54,651 nt of DNA from Reclinomonas americana ATCC 50394 (lineage: Eukaryota): positions 38,742 through 93,392 of the forward strand of contig PS015236.1 in assembly GCA_048213135.1 (NCBI GenBank), in the 5' to 3' direction. Below are positions 36,893 through 54,651 of the stretch, one piece after another. Under the pieces are notes generated by a model, which saw only the letters and a program-made list of their open reading frames with translations, ran no database searches and had not been told where the DNA came from. The position numbers and the translations under genes are program-made. Every line of letters begins with the position of its first letter. Within the stretch, counting starts at the first letter, position 1.

Positions 36893-39800
36893 TTAGACTA
36901 CCATGGTGGGCAACCACCTCTCCACTACCGCGTATATATCGTCGCGTTTGAACGGCTGTCGGGAGAATTGGTCAGTGGCGCGCAACACCTCGTGCGGCAG
37001 ATGGCGAATGCATGCACGAACTCAACTTTGGTGACGACCTGGTTCATGCCGCTGCGTATGCACTCTAGTAGCTGCTCGGGTTGCGCGCTCGCCGTCACCG
37101 CCACCACCGGCGTGTCTGCACGCGCTTGATGAGTGACACACCTAGGCACTATGAAGAAGGAGAGCAAGCGTGGCGTTCGTACTTCGAGCAACTCCGTGCG
37201 CCTTTTCCACTTCTCGGATGCGACGAGTGGCCTCGTATCCATCCTGTGCCACAAGGAGCAGGTTAGTACTCGTGATCGGCGGTGTCCGTTGCTTCATGGT
37301 GCTTGCATGTGTCCCCGCTTCTCACCATCACCGGCATCATGCAGTCCATGAGTACGAGATCGAATGGCTCGCTACTCAAGCTGGACTCAAACACCTTCAC
37401 GGCCTCCAGCCCATCCGCCACCACCACCACCTGAACGCTACCGCCGATCTTCTTGAGCATCGCGGTGAGGATGCGCTGGTTGACCTTGAAAACCCACTTT
37501 GTCAGCACGTCTGCGCTCACCTCCCTCTCTCTCTCTCTCTATCTCACACACACATATCACCAACCGTATTGTCTTCGGCCAGTAGCACGTGCAAGCATAG
37601 ACCAGGCACAACCTCTGGCACACGCATGGGCGCTGGCGTCGTCGGACTCTGTGTTGACGTCGCACATCCAGGCGGCAAAGGCACCACGGTCGAGGTAGAT
37701 GCAGGCGACACTAGTGGCGGGCGGCGATACAGCACCGTTCGTACAGGCTGCGGCTGCGGCAAGTCGACGGTGGTATCGGTGGACGACGATGTGGGTGACG
37801 GAGATTGGGATAATGCTGCCACCCTCGGCACACTTGGCCAGACGCTCCCCATGACTGGTAATGACTGTGTTGTGGGCAGCTGCGACGACGGTGACGGCGT
37901 GTTGACCGGAATGTCGTAAAACGGGCTTGTCGCGCCGTCACCCAAACCCGCCGCTATGGGCAGTATGTTCGCCTGCGCAAACGGCGATGAGGGGGGCGAT
38001 TCAGCGCGAATGCAACAGCATTGACGCGTGTCCGTACCGGCAGTGGAGTGATTGGCATCCACGAGACCACCGGCAGCGGGACCTCAAAGGAGAACACGGC
38101 ACCCTGTCCGGGGATACTGGCCACAGTGATCGAGCCGTTGAGCAGCTGGGCAACCTGGAGTATTAAAGGTAAGGCAAGGACACTGCTCCCGAGCGAACGA
38201 CGTGAACGTGGTGGTGGTGGCTCACCGACGCGCAAATCGGCAGTCCGAGTCCTGTGCCCGTGACGATGCTTTGGTTGTACGCGGAGATGCTTTCGCCGAT
38301 TTGGATGAAAGGCTCGAAGATGACACTCATGTGCTGCGTTGTGCATGGATTAGTGTCGCAGCACATGGACAGAGTTGATTCGTTGGTGGGGTGACGTACC
38401 TCGCGATGGATGCCTGGCCCGTCGTCCACCACATCAAACCGCACAGTTGCCACTTCAGGTCCGTTCGGCTCGACGCGCCTGGCGCCCTCGACGCACCACA
38501 CGTCCACCCGCACGCTCCGTCGTGCGAATTTGACGGCATTGTCGACCAGATTCAGCAGCACCTGCCATTTCGTGCGTGGTGAGTCGTCTGGCACAACGCA
38601 GTTGCTCGAAAACTGTTCACGCACTTGGCGAATCCGGTGCGGATCCGAGCGTACCACGGCCGGTGGCAGCTGCAGAGGACCGATCAACTCTGCAGCGGGT
38701 GACAGGGCCGGCGGCATGTCGAGAGATGGCGCCGAAGAGGCCGCTGTCATTGGCGACACGGAGCGCGACGACGACTGCGGACTGTCAGTGTCCGACGTCA
38801 TGACCAGCGGTGCGAGTAGAGGCAAGGCAGAGGCCGAGGCCACAAGACGCAGATTCGTCTCACTGGCACGGCTAACCATGGATGCATGTGGGAGCGGAGT
38901 GGGGGCGACGGTTTTGCTGAGCTCTTCGCGGACCATGGCCGCCACATCCGCCTCCTGCTCTGTTCGCCGCTTGTCGGTGGCCACCGTGACGCCGGGGATG
39001 TCGGGTATGTCGGGAGTAAAGGGTGTCGCTGCAGCGCGGGCGCTCGAAGCGGGGACCGCCGACGGTGGTCGCGCATGGTACACACCGCACGGCGGCGGCA
39101 GGCAGGCGGCGCCCACGGCCGCCTCTGCCTCAATCACCTGTTCGATGGTGGGCGGCCGCGAGGCGTGCCAGCGGAACAGTAGCCTCTTGCCGACGACGCC
39201 AATCTGCTTAATGAACATGCGAAGCGTGTTGCGAACGAGGAGCAGCAAGTTGAAGTCGCGATCCTCCACTGCGAGCTTGCCGGTTTCCAGCTTGGTGAAA
39301 TCCAGCAACTGCACATCACCATTGAGCGGAAGGCCGTGCTGAAACTACACAGCAGGGGTTGATACACAACGTCGTCGATGATTCTCTGTGATGAAGAGAG
39401 TGAGTGAGACAAGGTGGATGAACATGGATCATCACCCGTTGGCGTACCATCAGACTCATCGATGAGGCTCGCATCGCCAACACAAGTTCCTGTGCGAAAC
39501 AGAACTGACACGCTGTAAGATGCAAAGCTTTCACGGAATCAGCTTGCGGAAGAGTGCATGCGGCCACTCGCCTCTTGCGGTGGCGTGATTTGCGTGTCTT
39601 TTTCCAGCAGATCGAGCATGGCGATGACCGAGTGCATCTGTGTGCATGGACACCACACTTAGAACACAGTCTCACTACAATGCATCAACGGCTGTTGCAA
39701 TCAAGCGCTGCAGTGTACCGGTGTACGCATCTGAGCGGAGGAGGAGGTAGAAAGTAAGGATACAGGAAAAACTGGGTACGGTATTTGAACGGAACTTCGT

Positions 39801-42800
39801 GACTTAGTTTGGCGTAAAACAATCGCTTGCTTTCCACGGCAGCCTGGTTCAAGAACACATCAGTGCGCAGCAAAGTAGACTCGTACTCAAGGCGAGTCTT
39901 ACCTCCGCCATGGCCTCGGCTTTCCGGCGCTCCTCCACTTCTTGCATTAGGCTCTGATTGGACAGCAGCAACTGCGCTCACTGGTCACCGACACTCGCCT
40001 CGCTCACTGGTTACGTGTTCGAGGGGCGTACACACCTCGCGAGTGCGTTCCTCGACTCGCTGCTCCAGCGCGGCGTTGAGGTTGCGAATGACAACCTCTG
40101 CTTGTTGTCGCTGCTGCTCGGCCATTACTGCCGTGATCAGGTTGCCGCTGCGTGATGCAGCAGTGTTGGTTGCGGCGTGGCAATCGTTCTTGAAGGCAGC
40201 AACACTCACCCCGTCTGCAAGAGAGGTTCAATGGTGCGCACGAGCGCCTCGTCGTAGCCCTCTGGGCGATTAGCGATGCCGACAATGCCGACCACATCGT
40301 CACGCGACTGCAAGGCGAGTTGCGCTGTGTGGTGTATACGAGAAGTTTGAGTGCCTGATCCTGGAACCAGTGGCCCCCAAGGCAACCTGCAACGATGTGC
40401 ACACCATACGTGACAATGGGGGGGTGATCGGATGGCATGTGCAGCAGATGTGCCAGCTCAGAGGCGTCGTTGATCAAGAGCGCCTCGCCAGTGGCAATGG
40501 TCGACGCGAGAACACCGGTCCCCGTGTGAATGCGATGCGGTGCAGGAGTTCCGTCACTGCTGGATGCCTCCTCCACCCCGATCACGCCGACTGCACAGCA
40601 CAGACACAGTCAGTTAAAGGCATCGCTGGTCGCTGGCAACATTCTCGTGCCCNNNNNNNNNNNNNNNNNNNNNNNNNNNNNNNNNNNNNNNNNNNNNNNN
40701 NNNNNNNNNNNNNNNNNNNNNNNNNNNNNNNNNNNNNNNNNNNNNNNNNNNNNNNNNNNNNNNNNNNNNNNNNNNNNNNNNNNNNNNNNNNNNNNNNNNN
40801 NNNNNNNNNNNNNNNNNNNNNNNNNNNNNNNNNNNNNNNNNNNNNNNNNNNNNNNNNNNNNNNNNNNNNNNNNNNNNNNNNNNNNNNNNNNNNNNNNNNN
40901 NNNNNNNNNNNNNNNNNNNNNNNNNNNNNNNNNNNNNNNNNNNNNNNNNNNNNNNNNNNNNNNNNNNNNNNNNNNNNNNNNNNNNNNNNNNNNNNNNNNN
41001 NNNNNNNNNNNNNNNNNNNNNNNNNNNNNNNNNNNNNNNNNNNNNNNNNNNNNNNNNNNNNNNNNNNNNNNNNNNNNNNNNNNNNNNNNNNNNNNNNNNN
41101 NNNNNNNNNNNNNNNNNNNNNNNNNNNNNNNNNNNNNNNNNNNNNNNNNNNNNNNNNNNNNNNNNNNNNNNNNNNNNNNNNNNNNNNNNNNNNNNNNNNN
41201 NNNNNNNNNNNNNNNNNNNNNNNNNNNNNNNNNNNNNNNNNNNNNNNNNNNNNNNNNNNNNNNNNNNNNNNNNNNNNNNNNNNNNNNNNNNNNNNNNNNN
41301 NNNNNNNNNNNNNNNGCCTGTTCGGCGACATGCTCCAGGACGTACTGAACATCACCAACTCGGAATACGGCTTTGTCGATCAGCTTGTCCCAGACCTGCA
41401 AACAGGAGTTGCGCACTGGTTGTAGTTCACGATCCAAGTCATCGAGACACTCATGGAAGGAACCCCCTGTCTAATGACGTGCAGGAAAAGTCACTGCGGA
41501 CGCTGTCCATGTCGGTCAGCCATCCACTAATCAGGTCGTACTTTGCCTCCTCGGGCTTGACTCTCGACCCCGACGGTTNNNNNNNNNNNNNNNNNNNNNN
41601 NNNNNNNNNNNNNNNNNNNNNNNNNNNNNNNNNNNNNNNNNNNNNNNNNNNNNNNNNNNNNNNNNNNNNNNNNNNNNNNNNNNNNNNNNNNNNNNNNNNN
41701 NNNNNNNNNNNNNNNNNNNNNNNNNNNNNNNNNNNNNNNNNNNNNNNNNNNNNNNNNNNNNNNNNNNNNNNNNNNNNNNNNNNNNNNNNNNNNNNNNNNN
41801 NNNNNNNNNNNNNNNNNNNNNNNNNNNNNNNNNNNNNNNNNNNNNNNNNNNNNNNNNNNNNNNNNNNNNNNNNNNNNNNNNNNNNNNNNNNNNNNNNNNN
41901 NNNNNNNNNNNNNNNNNNNNNNNNNNNNNNNNNNNNNNNNNNNNNNNNNNNNNNNNNNNNNNNNNNNNNNNNNNNNNNNNNNNNNNNNNNNNNNNNNNNN
42001 NNNNNNNNNNNNNNNNNNNNNNNNNNNNNNNNNNNNNNNNNNNNNNNNNNNNNNNNNNNNNNNNNNNNNNNNNNNNNNNNNNNNNNNNNNNNNNNNNNNN
42101 NNNNNNNNNNNNNNNNNNNNNNNNNNNNNNNNNNNNNNNNNNNNNNNNNNNNNNNNNNNNNNNNNNNNNNNNNNNNNNNNNNNNNNNNNNNNNNNNNNNN
42201 NNNNNNNNNNNNNNNNNNNNNNNNNNNNNNNNNNNNNNNNNNNNNNNNNNNNNNNNNNNNNNNNNNNNNNNNNNNNNNNNNNNNNNNNNNNNNNNNNNTT
42301 CCAAGCGACTCGTGGTTCACAAACTTACTATTCAGACGCACTGCAATGCAACAGGCATGCGCTTGTCAGTGTGTCTCTTTGATCTAAGTGAGCGAACATC
42401 CGAACATACTGCCGACGAACCAATGGCGTTGGCCACAGCGCGGCTGCGCACTCGTGGCGATCGATCACGAGCTGGCAGACGGCGACTTACACTTGGCAGG
42501 TCGTCGGCAGATTGCAGTGAGTCGTCGGGAGACAGGCTCAGTGTTGACTGCGTGTCGGTACCTGCGAACGTGCAATGAGTCGAAACCACCGAGGCCATGT
42601 TGGTAGGGCTCAACCGCAACTTGGATGAGCAGGCCGCACTCGGAGACCGCAGCGTCGGCAGCGCTGTGGGACTATCGGCGCCTCGACGCTCATTGTATGC
42701 AGCTGCGGCGCAGATTCTGTGCAGGGAGTCGCAGCGAGCTCCTGGAGTGACGAAGTTGCCGATGCGGACGTGGGGAGTGGATTGCTGGCACTGTCGCTGG

Positions 42801-43632
42801 CCTCGGCCAACAGCGACGTCAGCGGTATACTACAGTGGCACCAGGGATGTAGCGTCGCTGGCTCACTGCGTTCCTCTGGTGTCACCACTGCTGGAAGGAA
42901 GTATCACACGCACACGGAAAAATTAGCACCACTGCGCATACTCCGCGGAAGGATGCATGTGGCGGTACGATCGTCATTCGGAGAACAATTCTTGTGCGCA
43001 CGCACCTATGGGAAGGGTGAGCACGTGCCCCCGTTGCATGGAGCTGTGTTGCGTGGCGTCCATCGCTGCAGCTGGATACTTGTCGGCCAAGCGCAGCGGA
43101 CCGGTACGAGGAGAAACAGCCGGCGCGGGGAATTTGCACTGCAGGGTACTTGCGCTGTGTTGACACACGATCACACAACCACACGTGTGCCGACGCACAG
43201 AGTCACCCACACAGACACCCACCACTTCAGCGTTGTCACGTGTGTCTCGGAGGCAGACCAATGACGAGAGTGGCGCCCGATCGCGAGAGAAAACCAAGTT
43301 GTTGTGGTGATAATAAGATATCAACTCCAGCGCAGTGCTGCGCGCGTTCGTTGTGGTCTCCACGCGACCTTCTTTTGGGGAGCGTCGGCAAGCTACCACT
43401 GTCTCGCCTCCCGTGGAGTTGTGAATACGAACCCGCAGTGTGTGTGTGCGTGTGCTCTCAGAATGAGACTGATGGCAAATATTGGAAACCAGTACTCACT
43501 GGTTGTCTTCGTCTGCAAGGAATCCTCTCGCATATGTACACTCGTGCTTTCTTCGTGGGGCTTGTCCAGAATAACGAAGACGCAAGTGGCGCACTGTCGA
43601 CGCGCGTGTGCGCGAAGACATCGCATTTTCAT
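36893..43632 (-). CDS. Hybrid sensor histidine kinase (GAF - coiled coil - HisKA - HATPase - receiver); 5' end tentative
   Basis: H-box KRLFYAKLSHE|MRTP|MHSVIAML; N-box QVLLNLVDNAVKF; G1 FDVVDDGPGI; F IFEPF; G2 GTGLGLPIC; receiver VLLAEDN..FDLVLMDCMMP..VVTK|PF; LNAALEQRVEERTRE; GAF segment TGEALLIND..MPSDHPPI; TAA at 36893. Confidence 0.9.
41316..41578 (+). CDS. GAF-domain N-terminal half on a gap-bounded contig, probably a misoriented part of the histidine kinase
   Basis: LFGDMLQDVLNITNSEYGFVDQL..QTG, then a GTTGCG intron (41408-41484), then EKSLRTLSMS. Confidence 0.7.
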
Positions 43633-43693
43633 TGGACTATCCAAATCCATCATCCACAGCGTTCGTTGCGTTCGCTCCTTCAACCACAACAAC

Positions 43694-44897
43694 ATGGCGC
43701 AAGTGTGGGCCGCCATTCTGGAGGTGCTGGCCATCTCCCTTGCCTTTGTGTTCTCCTTGTATGTGTTTGGCGGCGGCCTGCGTGCACGACGCGATGATCC
43801 AGCAGTGATCAAGCGACGCATCGCCACTGCACTGTTGACCAGCGCAGCTGGATGGCTGTATGTGGCCCTGGTGCGAGAGCCACTGGAGCCACCACTCACC
43901 GCCGCGGAGACACTCGGCTTGTGGCCACTGCGGTGCGTCGCGCAAAGAATGCCCGAGTGTGTGCGTGTGTGTTTGCCTGACTCAGTGGCACATAGACCAC
44001 TGGCGATCGCCACTCCCGTCATTCTCGTCATGTTTGGCTACGCCGGTCACCTGTGCAACAGGTGCATGGCGGGCGCGGAGAGGTACGTGGAGGATGACGA
44101 TGATGATGAGCCGAAGCGTGAGCAGCCGCTGGCGGTGTTTCGCGATGTGATTATCGTTGCGTGTGTGCATGTGCTCTTTTGATGCGGATGCAGAGTGTGA
44201 CGGACAGAGTACGCCTTGCGTTTGCCGCAGAGTCCGTTGGTGGAGGAGGCCGTGTACCGAGCCATCAGCATTCCGATTTTGTTGTCGTCGGGCTTGTCGC
44301 TCGGGTGGACGGTGCTGGTGTCGTCGTTGATGTTTGGCCTCTGTTGCGTCTCACCCTTTGTCGAGGTGTGTGTTCCTACTGCGCTGACAAGCACGCCATC
44401 ATCGCAGCGCATTCGCACCAGTTTGTGGATCGCATCAAGGAACGCGGTTGCTCGTGGCGCGAAGTCGTGCTGCTCACAGGTGAACTTGCAGTGCGAGGGG
44501 GAAATGTCGTCGAGAATGTTGCTGACACACACACACACTCACTCACTCCCTCTCCCAGTGTTCCAGAACGCGTACACGGCGCTGTATGGAGCATTTGCTG
44601 GCTACTGGTTCATTGTTTCCGGTGAGAGCCACTCCGCGAGTCAGTGCTGCTGGTTCTCGCTCACCCACTCGTGCACTCGCAGGCCAGATCTATGGGCCGA
44701 TTTTGTCGCACTTGGTGTGCAACGTGTGCCAGTTGCCGACGCTGCCTTGTCCTCGTCACCCGCATCGCGTACTGGTGTACATAATCTACCTCACTGGCTT
44801 TGTGGCTCTCGGCGTGTGTTGGTGGGCGCTCTCGACGCAAGTGTGGCTCGACTCACCATTCCACCGGCTGCCGTCGCTCGGCGGTGGCGACAAATGA
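43694..44897 (+). CDS. RCE1: CAAX prenyl protease 2 (Rce1/CPBP intramembrane protease)
   Basis: RDDPAVIKRR; VII|SPLVEEAVYRA; FGL|SH; YTALYGAFAGYWF; GPILSHLVCN; five introns; TGA at 44895-44897. Confidence 0.85.
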
Positions 44898-44943
44898 ATC
44901 CATAGACACTCGATTTATCGCTGCCTCCTCGTTCTCCGCAAAC

Positions 44944-50772
<5,829 letters not shown>

Positions 50773-50835
50773 CGCGTGAAAGGGAAGGAGTCCTGTGCAA
50801 CGCGCAAAGGACAACTTCGCACTCACTGTGTCAAA
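50773..50835. promoter_or_regulatory. Putative minimal bidirectional promoter (63 bp between divergent ATGs)
   Basis: Lies between the Prp16 ATG (50772, -) and the WD40 ATG (50836, +). Confidence 0.5.
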
Positions 50836-52020
50836 ATGGAAGCGACGCCGGTGGTTCTCTGCCGGCATGCTTCCGCGGTGAAGTGTGTGACTGTGACACC
50901 AGACGGGCAGCACATTGTTTCTGGGAGCAACGATGGGACTGTGCGAGTGTGGTGCGCGGGCAGTGGGCGACAGGTGAGGCAGCTCGACACGGCCAACACA
51001 ACGCCGGCACACAAGGCGGTGAGTTGCCTGCGTGTCTTATGTGCCGTTGGTAGTGTGCGCGCTCAGTCTTATTATGTTTAGGGACGAATGGCCAGTCGCG
51101 TGAGATGTGTGGCGGTGACTCCCGACAGTCAGCGCATACTAGCAGGTTGCTACGATGGGGTTGTGCGTGTGTGGGCGCACAGAAGCGAGGCGGATGAGGT
51201 GCAGCTGCTGTTGGGACACACTGAAGAGGTGGAGTTGGTGCTGGTGGCGAGCGATGGAGAGCATGTGGTGACGAGCAGCTGGGACGGTTCCATGCGGGTG
51301 TGGTTGCTGACGCGCGATGGCGGGCGTCAGCTGCTGAACGCTCAGCGTGTCATTCGGTTCGTCATAGCGCTGACTCCAGCAGATCAGCTTGTTGTGATGG
51401 GCTCGATGCACGATCCGGTGGACAAGTTGGTGCAAGTGCGCTCGCTGGCCACTGACGAAGAGGTGCGCTGTTGGGGAGGCGTTAACGGCGAGCGCATGCC
51501 ATCAGTTGCGGTGTCCCCCGACGGACAGTACGTCGTTGGAGGCGATCAGGGTGGTCTGCTCGCATTGTGGTTGCTGGAGAGTGGGCAGCTTGTGCGTAGT
51601 TGGCGGGCACACACGTCGGTCGTCGTTTCGCTGGCGGTGACAGCCGATTCGAAACACATTGTCTCACGTGGTCTTGACAAGACGGTGCGGGTGTATTCAC
51701 TGGCCACACAGCAGCCAGTCTGTGAACTTGTGGCCGACAAAGTGATCTCCGTGGCGGTGACACCCGACGGTCAGCGTATTGTGGGAGGGCGCTCCGACGG
51801 TGTCGTGCAAGTGTGGTCGACTCGCTACGCCCTCGCTCGTCACGAGCTTGCGTGTGCGCTAGCCGCACTGGACGTGGTGCGGGAAATGCAGCCGCCAGAG
51901 GTAGTGGATGTAGATGACCCTGAACGCAGGTGCCTGGCGGAGATCGTGCTTCGCTGTTTCCTCGCCGAGGAGGCGCAGGTCACCGTGCATCGTTGTGTGG
52001 CGGCACAGCAGTTCCTGTGA
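50836..52020 (+). CDS. WD40-repeat protein, paralogue of the 35687-36847 gene
   Basis: One intron (51019-51081). VTPDGQHIVSGSNDGTVRVW-type repeats. Shared tail RCLAEIVLRCFLAEEA. Confidence 0.9.
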
Positions 52021-52632
52021 CTGCACCGCGTGGATAAAATGTAATCTCAAGGGCGGACGCCGGCTGCGCATGCAGAGTCTCCCACGGTGGTGGCCATACC
52101 AAGTAAACAAAAATTGCCTGCGCTGCAATACCGAAGACTCTCTCCATGCTGATCCGTTCGCTCAGCTGTTTATGCCAATCTGTTACTGTCGACTAAAGAC
52201 TCTTGCCCTGGCGGGTGAGATGCGGTCCGCAAAACCAAGCCTGGAGAAACGGCGTATTTTCTTTGCATGCATTTGCAGACATGCACCTCCCCAACGGAGC
52301 GAGAGCCCTTCACCGGCGCCGGCTTGTGCTTCTCACAGATCTCCTTGGTCGCCTGCGTATCTGCAACAGCAGACACCACAGCCACAACCAGGAGAGAGGA
52401 GAGAGCGACATGAGCAAACAATAAACGAATTTGCGCATAGCCAATCAAAACGGTTTGGTGGAAACGAAAAATCGGCATCCATCGCACGCACCCCTCTGTC
52501 CGTCAGTGAGCACAGAGCACAGCTTGTTGGGTTGTTTTTTTTTACAGTTGTGCGTGTGAGCGAGAAGAGGAAAAGAAGGCGAAGACGAAGGATAGTTGCA
52601 AACAAACGCCCACTGCTTACACACTCTGAAGA

Positions 52633-54538
<1,906 letters not shown>

Positions 54539-54651
54539 GCGGCGGTGACTTTTCCGGCTCGTTCGCGGCCAAGAGAAAAAATTGCTTTTGCTCAACAATC
54601 CACGCCGACGGCTTTCCTCTTTCCCACTCGTCTCTCTCTCCCCCTCCCCGT

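Overview
Eukaryotic nuclear DNA, probably from a protist (Amorphea-like by gene content; this is an inference). It is a gapped draft scaffold in the standard genetic code, with 13 intron-rich protein genes. In order: a REJ/polycystin-like secreted protein (-, runs off the left edge); an MGC-acylated disordered protein with LD-like motifs (-); an atypical SDR (+); a four-domain NALCN/Cch1-like channel with an E/D/E/E filter (+); an SRF-type MADS-box protein reading in frame into a WD40 propeller (+); an NmrA-like protein (-); a DD3-3-like single-pass membrane protein (-); a WD40 protein (+); a GAF hybrid histidine kinase (-); an Rce1-like CAAX protease (+); Prp16 (-); a second WD40 paralogue (+); and a PKA catalytic subunit (+). 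The strongest signal is in the splicing. About 25 manually reconstructed introns start with GTTGCG (plus GTTGAGT, GTTACGT, GTTGTGT and GTTCCGT variants) and none has G at exon -1. This looks like an abundant second class of 5' splice site read in a +1-shifted register. Also notable: ~63-bp head-to-head and ~45-bp tail-to-tail gene spacers, the MADS-polyQ-WD40 fusion, a C-terminal helical module shared by the WD40 genes, micro-exons and a misoriented GAF contig. All gene models were spliced by eye and need RNA-seq confirmation.
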